A stretch of 64,000 bases of DNA from Lentimicrobiaceae bacterium (GTDB lineage Bacteria; Bacteroidota; Bacteroidia; Bacteroidales; UBA4417), in contig JBGSUB010000019.1 of NCBI GenBank assembly GCA_041753535.1, forward strand, positions 917-64,916, in the 5' to 3' direction. The first letter of the stretch is position 1; each line of letters starts with the position of its first letter. The translations under genes were made by a program, and so were the position numbers. Positions 45,689 to 55,761 of this stretch are shown in pieces. The notes under the pieces were generated by a model that was not told the DNA's origin, did no database searches, and saw only the letters and a program-made list of their open reading frames with translations.

Positions 45689-47224
45689 CTAAAAATCAAA
45701 CGTAATCCCCTGCGCCAGCGCCGTTTGCCCGCTGAAATTAATTGTATTGGTTTGGCGGCGCATATATGCTTTCCAGGCATCGGAACCGGATTCGCGGCCA
45801 CCTCCGGTATCTTTTTCACCACCGAATGCTCCACCGATTTCAGCACCGGAAGTACCCAGGTTTACGTTTGCAATACCACAATCGGAACCGGTTTCAGAAA
45901 GGAATGTCTCTGCTTCCACCAGGTTTTCTGTAAAAATACAGGAAGATAATCCTTGCGGTACATTGTTATTGAGAGCAATTGCTTCCTCGATGGTTTTGTA
46001 CTTTATCAGGTATACGATTGGTGCAAAAGTCTCTTCCTGAACCATTTTGTAATGGTTTTCAGCTTCAACCACCGCAGGCAAAACGTAATTGCCATTTGGA
46101 TATTTATCTCCTTTCAGGCTTGTTCCGCCGTAAGCCAGTTTCCCGCCTTCTTTCTGAACTTCTTCAACAGCATGAAGGAAATTGTTAACTGCTGTTCCAT
46201 CCACCAAAGGCCCGACAAGTGTATCTTTTTCAAGTGGATCGCCAATACGGTCGCTGATACTTTTGTAGGCAGTAACCAGCCGCTCTTTGACTGTATCATA
46301 CACGGATTCATGAATGATAAGTCGGCGCGTTGAAGTGCAACGTTGACCGCAAGTACCTACAGCACCGAATACTACAGATTGTAAGGTCATATCCAGATCG
46401 GCATATTTTGAAATCACAACAGCATTGTTACCACCAAGTTCAAGTATAGTTTTCCCGAGGCGTTTTCCTACAATAGCGGCTACTCTCCGGCCTACTTCAG
46501 TTGAACCGGTAACTGATATAAGCGAAATTCGTTTGTCGGCGGCAAAGTTATCACCAAGAACTGATGATTTTGCAACGATCATATTGAAAACTCCTTCCGG
46601 TACATTGTTCACCCGAAGTGTTTCGGCAATGATTTTGTGAACTGCCAAAGCGCAAAGCGGTGTTTTTGAACTGGGTTTCCATATAACCACATCACCGGCA
46701 ATGGCGGCAAGCATCGCATTCCAGCCCCAAACAGCAACAGGGAAATTAAAAGAAGTAATGATACCAACAATTCCAATCGGGTGATATTGGTCGTACATGC
46801 GGTGAAACGGGCGTTCGGAATGCATGGTTGCCCCGTTCAGCAGTCGCGACTGCCCCACGGCAAACTCACAGATATCAATCATTTCCTGAACCTCACCTAG
46901 ACCTTCCTCGTAAATTTTTCCCATTTCGAGGGAAACAAGATATCCCAGCTTTTCCTTATTTGCCCGCAGAGCTTCACCAATCTGGTGAACCACAAGTCCG
47001 CGTTTGGGTGCCGGTATTATCCGCCATTTCTTATATGCTTCCTGTGCTTTGGCTACTATATATTCATAGTCATCAAGAGTGGCATTTGTTATTTTAGCGA
47101 TAAGTGAACCATCGATTGGCGAATACGAAGAAGTTTCATCGCCTTGGGTAGTTAGAAATTCACTGCCTGTACTGGCTCCGGGATTGAGAGGTTCAATTCC
47201 TAAAAGGCTTAAATTTAAGGTCAT
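45689..47224 (-). CDS. Aldehyde dehydrogenase, ALDH7-like (piperideine-6-carboxylate / aminoadipate-semialdehyde dehydrogenase type)
   Basis: The start is refined to MTLNLSLLGIEPLNPGAS. The catalytic Glu is in LELGGNN and the Cys in GTCGQRCTS. Confidence 0.8.
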   Translation of the reverse strand: MTLNLSLLGIEPLNPGASTGSEFLTTQGDETSSYSPIDGSLIAKITNATLDDYEYIVAKAQEAYKKWRIIPAPKRGLVVHQIGEALRANKEKLGYLVSLEMGKIYEEGLGEVQEMIDICEFAVGQSRLLNGATMHSERPFHRMYDQYHPIGIVGIITSFNFPVAVWGWNAMLAAIAGDVVIWKPSSKTPLCALAVHKIIAETLRVNNVPEGVFNMIVAKSSVLGDNFAADKRISLISVTGSTEVGRRVAAIVGKRLGKTILELGGNNAVVISKYADLDMTLQSVVFGAVGTCGQRCTSTRRLIIHESVYDTVKERLVTAYKSISDRIGDPLEKDTLVGPLVDGTAVNNFLHAVEEVQKEGGKLAYGGTSLKGDKYPNGNYVLPAVVEAENHYKMVQEETFAPIVYLIKYKTIEEAIALNNNVPQGLSSCIFTENLVEAETFLSETGSDCGIANVNLGTSGAEIGGAFGGEKDTGGGRESGSDAWKAYMRRQTNTINFSGQTALAQGITFDF

Positions 47225-47389
47225 AAAGAGTTTAGTATGTTGTATGTCAGAGAATTGCATTATTATGCAATCCAAAAATATGAATAAGAGAAGTTTGACA
47301 ATTAAGGTATAGTAACAGAATAAACAATATTTTGTTTCTGGTCAGGATTAATTGAAACAAGTAAGCTATTAAGCTAAAATTGAAAACAA

Positions 47390-48697
47390 TTACTCTACCC
47401 TGAAGGCTGACGCTACGAAATATAGGGGTAGAAATGTAATTCTCTGTTCAGGAATTTGCCCGAAATTTGCATCGGAAAATACAAAAGCGCCTTCAACATT
47501 ACCGTATGTTTTTAATAACATGTGCAAACTTTTAAGACTTCCGCTTTTTCCACTTTTTACCTCCACAGGAACAACTTTAGCTTGTTTTTCAATAAGGTAA
47601 TCAGTTTCAGCACTACTACCGCTGGCTTCTCTGGCCCAATAATAAAGATCCGAATTTGTTGCTGCAAGAATTTCCTGCCCAACAAATTGTTCTGCCATAG
47701 CACCCCTGAAAACAGATAACAAATCACTTTTTATGTACTCCTTCGAAACATTTACACCATTAAGGTTTGCCATGAGGCCTACATCAAGCATGACTGCCTT
47801 AAATTTCTTGTCATTTGAGCTGGCTCCTAATGGAATTCCGGAAGGATTGGCAACTTTAACCTTTTTAAATAATCTTGCAGTTTCCAGTAAATCAAATGCT
47901 TTTTTAATGGTCGGATTTGAGAATCCATTGGCTAGTTCCGAGTATTTGATCTGGCTACCAACTTTTTGCGAAACATTGAATAAAACTGAATTTAAGCATG
48001 ATCTATCAGCTTTCCCGGCATATTTGGCAAAATCCTGCCGGAAGGTATTTATCAGATCCGACTGAATTTCAAATACTTCTGCCAGACTTTTTGTCTCTAA
48101 ATAAGTTTTTACACATTCAGGCATCCCTCCTATAAAAAAGTACTTGCGGATTTCGTCATTTAACATGTTATGAACGGATTCTGACAATGGCTTTGGCTCG
48201 CCATAAATAAGATCAGCAGCAATATCATTTCCGGTCGCTTTCAGAAATTCGTAAAAACTCATTGGGTACATATTCAGGAGTTGTACCCTTCCCACAGGAA
48301 AAGGTATATCCTTGAAAGCAAATTCAAGTAGAGAACCGGCTGCAATAATATGTAATTCAGGTAGTTCCTCGTAAAAATAGCGAAGCGAAACAATAGCATT
48401 AGGGCATTCCTGTATTTCATCGAAAAACAATAAGTCTTTCCCCGGGGTAATCTTTTTATTAATCAGAATTTCTATTTCGGAAATAATCCTTGTTATTTCA
48501 TAATTCTTTTCGAACACAAGATGTAAATCTGGCCGTTGTTCAAAATTAAGAATATGAGTTGCGCCTTCAAAATTATTCTTCCCAAAAGCAGAAATAGAAA
48601 ATGATTTACCAGTCTGCCTTGCTCCCCTTACTATTAAAGGCTTTCTGTTTATCTTTTCTTTCCAGGCCAACAAGCTTTTAGTGATGTTTCTTTCCAT
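47390..48697 (-). CDS. AAA+ ATPase with DUF4143 C-terminal domain
   Basis: Walker A is GARQTGKS and Walker B is LLFFDEIQ. The 435-aa length fits the AAA_14 + DUF4143 architecture. Confidence 0.75.
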   Translation of the reverse strand: MERNITKSLLAWKEKINRKPLIVRGARQTGKSFSISAFGKNNFEGATHILNFEQRPDLHLVFEKNYEITRIISEIEILINKKITPGKDLLFFDEIQECPNAIVSLRYFYEELPELHIIAAGSLLEFAFKDIPFPVGRVQLLNMYPMSFYEFLKATGNDIAADLIYGEPKPLSESVHNMLNDEIRKYFFIGGMPECVKTYLETKSLAEVFEIQSDLINTFRQDFAKYAGKADRSCLNSVLFNVSQKVGSQIKYSELANGFSNPTIKKAFDLLETARLFKKVKVANPSGIPLGASSNDKKFKAVMLDVGLMANLNGVNVSKEYIKSDLLSVFRGAMAEQFVGQEILAATNSDLYYWAREASGSSAETDYLIEKQAKVVPVEVKSGKSGSLKSLHMLLKTYGNVEGAFVFSDANFGQIPEQRITFLPLYFVASAFRVE

Positions 48698-48730
48698 GTC
48701 AAAAATTATTATCGATGCAAAGGTAATACA

Positions 48731-48829
48731 TCCTTTAAATTAATGAGGCTATTTTAATATTTATCCTTTAAATTAATGAGGTTGTTTTTATAGTTTACCT
48801 TTAATATTATGAGGTTGATTCGAAATATG
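48731..48829. repeat. Three tandem 33-bp repeats (core TCCTTTAAATTAATGAGG) directly upstream of the DUF4143 ATPase gene
   Basis: The units are 48731-48763, 48764-48796 and 48797-48829. Units 1 and 2 share an identical 18-mer. Unit 3 matches unit 2 at 21 of 33 positions. Confidence 0.85.
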
Positions 48830-48926
48830 CTTTCAGGGATATTGACAATATTAAAAGAGCAGAATTCGAGAACGCTAGTGCAGAAAGCAAAAATGACCGT
48901 TGAACTCCGGATTAAATATGTCTTAT

Positions 48927-49493
48927 TTACTTATTGTTAAAATCCGACATTGTCTGAGTAGCTCCTGCAAGCACAAAACTTTTAACAAAAGAAACCGCCA
49001 TTTCGATGCGTGGAATAAGGATTTTCTCTTCCTTTTTCGACCATTGTCCCAATACATAATCAACCTGGAAACCGCGGGCATAATCCTTACCAATTCCAAA
49101 ACGGAGCCTTGCCCAATCTGTAATGAGAAGAGTTTCAATAATATGGTTCAATCCATTGTGGCTTCCACCACTTCCTTTGGTACGCATACGCAGAACACCT
49201 AAGTCCAGATCAACATCATCGGTAATCACAAGCAGGTTTTCGAGAGGGATTTTTTCCTTATCCAGCCAGTATTTTACCGCTTTGCCGCTCAGGTTCATGT
49301 AAGTGGTTGGTTTCAGGATTATAAGGAGTTTGTTTTTTAGTTTGGCTTCTGTTTTGTAAGCATGGCGCTCAATGGTGAATTTTACACCAAGATCACTCGC
49401 TAATGCATCAGCCACAATAAAACCAATATTGTGTCGGGTATTTGCATACTCTTCGCCAATATTACCTAAACCGACAATTAAATATTTATCCAT
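48927..49493 (-). CDS. pth: Peptidyl-tRNA hydrolase
   Basis: LIVGLGNIGEEYANTRHNIGF and HNGL motifs are present in a 188-aa protein. Confidence 0.92.
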   Translation of the reverse strand: MDKYLIVGLGNIGEEYANTRHNIGFIVADALASDLGVKFTIERHAYKTEAKLKNKLLIILKPTTYMNLSGKAVKYWLDKEKIPLENLLVITDDVDLDLGVLRMRTKGSGGSHNGLNHIIETLLITDWARLRFGIGKDYARGFQVDYVLGQWSKKEEKILIPRIEMAVSFVKSFVLAGATQTMSDFNNK

Positions 49494-49680
49494 GCCAAGC
49501 TTTTAGAGGTGCAAAGATAACGTAGAAAGTGAATTTGAAAATTTGGGAATCTGAAAATTATTCATCAAATCTACATAAACAGGCACTTTCAAATCATGTA
49601 ATCATTCAAACTTTTCAAACCTGAAACCGTTCAAACCTGAAACTCTTAACCCCCAACCCCTAAATCCCAACCCCAAAAAA

Positions 49681-50478
49681 CTAATACCTTATTTCAAAAT
49701 CATCCCAGTCCATCCCTACCATAAAACCTGTGCGGAAATCAGCCAATTGCTTATAACTAATGTTCAGGTTTTCAAGGCCTTCTTCGTCAGGCGCAATTTC
49801 AACCAGATGCTTGCCTTTAAAATCAATTATCGTAGAATCGCCCTGGTGACTGGTTCCTTTGCCATCAATACCAACACGGTTAACGGCTGCTACATAGCAC
49901 TGGTTCTCGATGGCGCGGGCAATAAGGAGTTGACGGTAAGCATAGCTACGGGCTGCAGGCCAGTTAGCCATGTAAAGTAGAATATCATATTCATAAACCC
50001 CATCTTTCCAAGTGTTTTTACTCCAAATCGGGAAACGAAGGTCGTAACAAACCAGCGGACAGATTTTCCAACCAAAAAGATCAACAATCAATTTCTTATT
50101 TCCCTGCGAAAACTGCTCGTGCTCATTACCGGGATGAAATAAATGCCGTTTATCGTATATTTGATAGTTTCCATCCGGTTGCATCCAGACCAGGCGATTG
50201 AAATAGTTACCGTTTTCAACAATGACAAGGCTTCCGGTAATTACGCTTTTCAGCTTTGCAGCTTGTTTCGTCATCCATTCCAGGGTTTGCCCATTCATAT
50301 CTTCGGCCAGCGACCGCTGATCGACCACAAAACCGGTATTGAACATTTCGGGCAGCACGATAAGGTCTGTCTTTCGATCAATCTGATGAAAGAAGTCCTC
50401 AAACTTCATTAAATTGCTTTTTTTATCTTCCCAAACCAAGTCGGGTTGAATAAGTGTTATAGTAAGATCAGGAATCAT
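49681..50478 (-). CDS. Carbon-nitrogen hydrolase family amidohydrolase (YafV/omega-amidase type)
   Basis: The Glu-Lys-Cys triad context is LPEMFNTG, YDKRHLF and CPLVCYDLRFP. Confidence 0.8.
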   Translation of the reverse strand: MIPDLTITLIQPDLVWEDKKSNLMKFEDFFHQIDRKTDLIVLPEMFNTGFVVDQRSLAEDMNGQTLEWMTKQAAKLKSVITGSLVIVENGNYFNRLVWMQPDGNYQIYDKRHLFHPGNEHEQFSQGNKKLIVDLFGWKICPLVCYDLRFPIWSKNTWKDGVYEYDILLYMANWPAARSYAYRQLLIARAIENQCYVAAVNRVGIDGKGTSHQGDSTIIDFKGKHLVEIAPDEEGLENLNISYKQLADFRTGFMVGMDWDDFEIRY

Positions 50479-50485
50479 AATGTAA

Positions 50486-51640
50486 TTAAATTTTACAAAG
50501 AATCTCCGCCGCTTTAATCAATGTTTCTTCCGTCTTGGCGAAACAAAAACGCAGCACATGATTATCCTGCTTGTCATGGTAAAACGGTGATACAGGAACT
50601 GAAGCTACTCCATATTCCTTAGTTATACGCACAGCAAAATCCATTTCCTTTTCATCAGAAATCGCGCTGTAATCCAGCAACTGGAAATAAGTACCATACG
50701 AAGGAATTATTTTAAAACGCGAGTTTTTGACTAATCCTGCGAACATATCACGTTTCTGCTGGTAAAATGCCGGCAGGTGAAGGTAGTTTTCTCTGTTTCT
50801 CAGGTAATCGGTTACAGCGTATTGGATAGGTGTGTTTGAAGCAAAAACAACAAACTGGTGCACCTTGCGTACTTCAGCCATCAGGACTGCCGGCGCCAGG
50901 ATAAAACCGGTTTTCCAGCCGGTGGTGTGAAAGGTTTTGCCAAATGATCCGATCACAAAACTGCGCGAAGCCAGTTCCGGATAATAACAGGCGCTTTCGT
51001 GTCTGATGCCGTCGAAAATAAGGTGTTCGTATACCTCATCGCTCATTACAACAATATTGGTATTGCGTGTAATACGGTCGAGGTGCTTCATATCGTCAGC
51101 CGAAAGTACGCTTCCGGTTGGATTATGAGGCGTGTTTATCATGATCATTTTCGTGCGGTTGTTGATCAGGCTCTCCACCTCGGGCCAGTTAACCGTGTAA
51201 CCGGGGAATTGCAGCGATGAATACCGCACTACACCTCCGCACAATTCAACCGAGGGAGCATAGCTGTCGTAGGCAGGTTCAATAATGATAGCTTCATCGC
51301 CGGGATGAATCATGGCAGTTATCACACAAAAAATAGCTTCGGTAGCGCCTGCTGTAACAGTGATTTCGGTAACCGGATCGTACGTAATACCAAACGTATC
51401 GGAAGCTTTGGCAGCAATGGCTTCGCGTAAAGCCATTACACCGGGCATTGGAGCATATTGGTTATATCCCTGGTGCATATAATAGTTAACCAGGTCAATC
51501 AGTTCCCTCGAAACCGGGAAATCGGGAAATCCCTGCGAAAGATTAATAGCACCCACCTCGTTGGCGAGACCCGACATTACTGCAAATATAGATGTTCCGG
51601 CCTTTGGAAGCCTGGTTTTTACGTTACCGTTGTAGTTCAT
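50486..51640 (-). CDS. PLP-dependent aminotransferase class I/II (YbdL/methionine-glutamine transaminase type)
   Basis: The start is refined to MNYNGNVKTRLPK. The motifs are NLSQGFPDF, NTPHNPTG and the PLP-Lys context SFGKTFHTTGWKTG. Confidence 0.82.
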   Translation of the reverse strand: MNYNGNVKTRLPKAGTSIFAVMSGLANEVGAINLSQGFPDFPVSRELIDLVNYYMHQGYNQYAPMPGVMALREAIAAKASDTFGITYDPVTEITVTAGATEAIFCVITAMIHPGDEAIIIEPAYDSYAPSVELCGGVVRYSSLQFPGYTVNWPEVESLINNRTKMIMINTPHNPTGSVLSADDMKHLDRITRNTNIVVMSDEVYEHLIFDGIRHESACYYPELASRSFVIGSFGKTFHTTGWKTGFILAPAVLMAEVRKVHQFVVFASNTPIQYAVTDYLRNRENYLHLPAFYQQKRDMFAGLVKNSRFKIIPSYGTYFQLLDYSAISDEKEMDFAVRITKEYGVASVPVSPFYHDKQDNHVLRFCFAKTEETLIKAAEILCKI

Positions 51641-51821
51641 TTTTGATTCGTTTCTGGGCTCAAAGGTAATAGATTTTGCGGGGTCAGATGTATCCACTAA
51701 AAATTAAGAAATGTGAAATAGTGCCCGGTGAACTGAAATCAATACATAAAAAGCTGATAATTGACATACAAGTTTTAATCAATCTTTCCTCATTTTAAAT
51801 ATAAAACTTAAAATTATCGCC

Positions 51822-51829
51822 TATATTTG
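51822..51829 (+). promoter_or_regulatory. -7 box TATATTTG for the second DUF4143 ATPase gene
   Basis: It matches TAnnTTTG, 21 nt upstream of the ATG at 51850. Confidence 0.5.
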
Positions 51830-51849
51830 CGGTTTCAAATTAAAAATGT

Positions 51850-52971
51850 ATGATAAAAAGAATTCTTGAAGAAACCATAGCAGATATTAATCAGCTTCGA
51901 AAAGCGGTAATTATTATCGGTCCGCGCCAGGTTGGGAAAACTACTTTGCTTAAAGAACTTCTGAAAACAGCATTGTGGTTTGATGGAGATGAACCTGATG
52001 ATCGTGAATATCTCCGAAATGCAACATCCACGATGCTTGCAGCCAGGATTGGAACCAATAAAATAATAGTAATTGATGAAGCTCAGCGGATCGAGAATAT
52101 CGGAATAACACTAAAATTGATAACAGATAAGTTGAAGGATGTACAGGTATTTGCTTCAGGGTCATCAGCCTTTGAATTGGCAAATAAAATAAATGAGCCG
52201 ATGACGGGCCGTAAATGGGAATTTACTATGCTTCCGTTATCATTTGAAGAGATGCATCTGCATCATGGTATGCAAACTGAATTGAGACTTCTTGAGCATC
52301 GGATGGTATTCGGGTATTACCCTGAAGTGGTAACAAATCCAGGCAAGGAAGTAATAATTCTTAAGCAATTGGCAAACAATTATTTATATAAAGATATCTT
52401 GACATGGGAAAGGATACAGAAACCTGACAAACTCGAACGTTTGGTTCAGGCTTTGGCTCTTCAAACCGGTCAATTGGTTTCTTATCATGAAATCGGAAAA
52501 ATGACCGGACTTACAAATGAAACTGTGGAGCGATATATTCAATTACTGGAAAAATCTTTTGTGGTATTCAGGTTGAATGGGTTTTCGCGAAATTTAAGAA
52601 ACGAGCTTTCGAAAAGCAAAAAAGTATATTTCTATGACAATGGCTTGCGTAACGCGGTCATAAATCAGTTCAATCCTCTAGCACTTCGTAATGATACCGG
52701 AGCTTTATGGGAAAATTTTGTTGTGGCTGAGCGGGTAAAATACCTGGCTAACCATTACAATTTTCCTAATAAGTATTTCTGGCGCACCAAAGATCAGTCC
52801 GAAATTGACTATATTGAAGAGTATGACGGCGAAATAAAAGCTTTCGAATTCAAATATAATCCGGATAAGAAAATACGATTCCCGAAATCATTCATCGAAT
52901 CCTACTTGCCATCAGAAACAACTGTAATTAATAAAAGTAATTTTGGGGAATGGCTAATTCTGAAAAAATAA
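51850..52971 (+). CDS. AAA+ ATPase with DUF4143 C-terminal domain (paralog type 2)
   Basis: Walker A is GPRQVGKT and Walker B is IIVIDEAQ. Length is 373 aa. Confidence 0.75.
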   Translation: MIKRILEETIADINQLRKAVIIIGPRQVGKTTLLKELLKTALWFDGDEPDDREYLRNATSTMLAARIGTNKIIVIDEAQRIENIGITLKLITDKLKDVQVFASGSSAFELANKINEPMTGRKWEFTMLPLSFEEMHLHHGMQTELRLLEHRMVFGYYPEVVTNPGKEVIILKQLANNYLYKDILTWERIQKPDKLERLVQALALQTGQLVSYHEIGKMTGLTNETVERYIQLLEKSFVVFRLNGFSRNLRNELSKSKKVYFYDNGLRNAVINQFNPLALRNDTGALWENFVVAERVKYLANHYNFPNKYFWRTKDQSEIDYIEEYDGEIKAFEFKYNPDKKIRFPKSFIESYLPSETTVINKSNFGEWLILKK

Positions 52972-53066
52972 ATGTGCATTCCATCATATTCACACTAACC
53001 GGTAAATTTCCTCATTCCCAAATAAATCCATACCTTCGCGAAACGAAAATTTCAAATTCTCATTAT

Positions 53067-54326
53067 ATGAAAAACATTGATAATTACGACTTTACAGGAA
53101 AACGTGCCCTAATCAGGGTTGATTTTAATGTTCCCCTTGACGATGCACAGAAAATTACCGATGCCACACGAATTGATGCCGCTTTGCCGACGATCCGCAA
53201 AATTCTTGCAGGTGGCGGATCAACCATTCTTTGCTCGCACCTGGGCAGGCCAAAGAAAATAGGAGAGCCAAAACTTTCGCTCCGTCACCTGGTTCCTTAC
53301 CTTGAGAAGGCATTGAATACGACAGTGAAATTTGCTGACGACTGTATGGGGAAATCCGCAGTTGATCTTTCGGCAAACCTGAAACCCGGAGAAGTCCTGC
53401 TCCTCGAAAACCTCCGCTATTACGAGGAAGAAGAAGGGAAAGCTCGCCTGTCCGAGACTGCTACTGATGAGGATAAGGCCGCTGCAAAAATCCGCGTAAA
53501 AGCCGCACAGAAAGAATTTACAAAGAAACTTGCCGGTTATGCCGATTGCTATGTGAACGATGCTTACGGCACTGCACACCGAGCTCATGCTTCAACTGCA
53601 TTGGTTGCAGCCTATTTCCCAAACGATAAGATGTTCGGCTACCTGATGAACAACGAGGTAAGTAACATTACAAAAGTATTGCACGAAGCGCAGCACCCGT
53701 TTACCGCTGTGCTGGGTGGCGCAAAAGTTTCGAGCAAAATTGAAATCATCAACAACCTGCTGAGTAAGGTTGATAACCTGATAATCGGCGGTGGAATGAT
53801 GTTCACCTTTATAAAAGCCAAAGGAGGCAAAATCGGCGGCTCACTGGTTGAAAATGAATACCTCGACCTTGCAAAAAATATAATGAAAGGCGCTGAAGAG
53901 TTAGGTGTTAAAATCCTGATTCCATCCGATGCAGTTATTGCCAATGCTTTTGCTGATGATGCCGAACGTAAGATTTGCAAATCGGACGAAATTCCTGACG
54001 GATGGCTGGGTATGGACATAGGTCCTGATACAATTAAACATTTCAGCGAAGTACTGGTAGGTTCAAAAACCATACTTTGGAATGGTCCTATGGGTGTTTT
54101 CGAAATGTGCAATTTCCAGAAAGGAACCAAAGAAATTGCTCTTGCCATTGCTGAATCAACCAAACAAGGCGGATTCTCGTTGGTTGGCGGTGGCGACTCA
54201 GTGGCCGCTGTTAACAAATTCAAGCTGGCTGATAAAGTTAGCTATGTTTCAACCGGTGGTGGTGCCATGCTCGAATCCATTGAAGGAAAAGTGCTTCCCG
54301 GTGTGAAGGCAATATTGGAAGACTAA
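53067..54326 (+). CDS. pgk: Phosphoglycerate kinase
   Basis: The start is refined to [23 protein letters not shown]. The motifs SHLGRP and GGGDS are present. The 39-aa N-terminal extension in the ORF track overlaps the upstream gene and is unlikely to be real. Confidence 0.93.
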   Translation: MKNIDNYDFTGKRALIRVDFNVPLDDAQKITDATRIDAALPTIRKILAGGGSTILCSHLGRPKKIGEPKLSLRHLVPYLEKALNTTVKFADDCMGKSAVDLSANLKPGEVLLLENLRYYEEEEGKARLSETATDEDKAAAKIRVKAAQKEFTKKLAGYADCYVNDAYGTAHRAHASTALVAAYFPNDKMFGYLMNNEVSNITKVLHEAQHPFTAVLGGAKVSSKIEIINNLLSKVDNLIIGGGMMFTFIKAKGGKIGGSLVENEYLDLAKNIMKGAEELGVKILIPSDAVIANAFADDAERKICKSDEIPDGWLGMDIGPDTIKHFSEVLVGSKTILWNGPMGVFEMCNFQKGTKEIALAIAESTKQGGFSLVGGGDSVAAVNKFKLADKVSYVSTGGGAMLESIEGKVLPGVKAILED

Positions 54327-54380
54327 CTTTATTTAATGCTCAGCGTTGATCATCATTACCAACCTGACAAATTTTAAGTT

Positions 54381-54424
54381 AACCGCAGAAAAGATGAAAT
54401 CCTTCATCATTTCTGCGGTTTTTT
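54381..54424 (+). terminator. Rho-independent terminator of pgk
   Basis: AACCGCAGAAA and TTTCTGCGGTT form an 11-bp stem. An inner GATGAA/TTCATC pairing extends it, and a T run follows. Confidence 0.85.
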
Positions 54425-54850
54425 GATTTAAAACAGCATAAAAATTGTCAACATGCCCCTGTTGATAAATGGAAAATAAATCTTTTGAATGCATAATTAT
54501 TTTGGCAATATATGCCTTACCTTTAATCCTGCTTATTATAATTATCAAACCATACATGTATGCTCATTCAATAAAACAGCTATTCCCAACAATTTTAGTT
54601 TATTATCTCAATGGTTTGATCAGATTCATCAAATAACATCTCACTTTAAAGTTAAATATTTATGCCTATTCGGGAATAAAATTTCACTACCAAAAACATA
54701 ATTTTCAGAATCAGGTTTAATATAAACTGGTCCATATGCAGGCTGACCACCTACTATGAAAAACAGAACAGTGGAGTCCGGCAACCACTCAAAAAACGGG
54801 GCCGATCCGAAAAGCCATACGAGTAGGAAAACTAACCAAACCAACTTATT

Positions 54851-55522
54851 ATGAAAAAAATCAAAAACCTGTTGTTTATCCTTTTACTTATTTCCCTGGC
54901 TTCATCATCTTTTGCACAATCTTTTGGCGTCAAAGCCGGTTTGAACTTATCAAATATGACAAGCAAGGATGATGATGATACATACAGCGACGATTATAAA
55001 ATGCTTCCCGGATTTCATGTGGGAATAGTTGCTGATATCCCGTTTTCGGACATGTTTTCGTTTGAACCAGGCTTGCTTCTTTCGACCAAAGGCTTTAAGT
55101 TCGAAGAATCAGAAGAATATATGGGTGAAACCATGGAGTCGAAAATGAAAGCATCTTTATATTACATAGATATTCCACTAAATCTGAAAGCAAGTTTTGG
55201 TTCCGAAGATACTAAATTTTATGGAACATTCGGACCATACATTGGAATGGGCTTGAGTGGTAAATCCAAATCGGAAATCACCTTTATGGGTGAAACCGAA
55301 TCAGATGAAGAGGATATAAAATGGGGATCGGATAAAGAAGAAGATGATATGAAAAGATTCGATTTTGGCGTTTCTGTAGGTGCCGGAGTTCAATTCGGAT
55401 CAATAACTGTTGGTGCCGGTTACGCAATAGGCCTTGCAAATCTTTCTCCATACACTGAGAATGGATATACTTTAAAAAATAAAGTTATAAGCGTTTCGGT
55501 AGGTTATATGTTCGGCAAATAA
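54851..55522 (+). CDS. Porin-family outer-membrane beta-barrel protein
   Basis: It has a signal peptide, FGVKAGLNLSNM, alternating strands and a C-terminal VSVGYMFGK. Confidence 0.75.
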   Translation: MKKIKNLLFILLLISLASSSFAQSFGVKAGLNLSNMTSKDDDDTYSDDYKMLPGFHVGIVADIPFSDMFSFEPGLLLSTKGFKFEESEEYMGETMESKMKASLYYIDIPLNLKASFGSEDTKFYGTFGPYIGMGLSGKSKSEITFMGETESDEEDIKWGSDKEEDDMKRFDFGVSVGAGVQFGSITVGAGYAIGLANLSPYTENGYTLKNKVISVSVGYMFGK

Positions 55523-55596
55523 GTAACTATCCAGGTAAACTTAATGATTTTATGTAATGCCTGATATGTAACTTCCGATTTTAACCAAACCGCTTA

Positions 55597-55650
55597 AAAA
55601 TCGCGGGAATAATGATTTATCATTTTTCTCCGCGATTTTTGCTTTTTTCA
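55597..55650 (+). terminator. Probable rho-independent terminator
   Basis: AATCGCGG and CCGCGATT form a stem followed by TTTTGCTTTTTT. Confidence 0.6.
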
Positions 55651-55761
55651 AACGAACTTCAAAATCCCTTTTCTACTGACAATCTTTCGAAATAACCAGA
55701 TACCTTTTGTTTTATTTCATTAAAATGGAGTAATTTTCGAAACTTAAAATAAGCAGGGTTA

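Noticed and set aside
45654-45704. An imperfect inverted repeat, TTAGTGT-acaga-CACCC-tgc-GGGTG-ttcag-ACACTAA, overlaps the ALDH stop codon.
   Set aside because: It has an internal 5x5 loop and overlaps coding sequence. The perfect 11-bp hairpin at 45596-45632 is the better terminator, so this one is probably incidental or auxiliary.
52950-53066. The ORF track gives pgk a 39-aa N-terminal extension that overlaps the end of the DUF4143 ATPase gene.
   Set aside because: The canonical PGK N-terminus ([23 protein letters not shown]) starts at 53067, and the extension has no PGK similarity.
54333-54557. A 74-aa minus-strand ORF lies just downstream of pgk.
   Set aside because: It is read through the pgk terminator hairpin (54381-54424), and its AT-rich composition explains the open frame.
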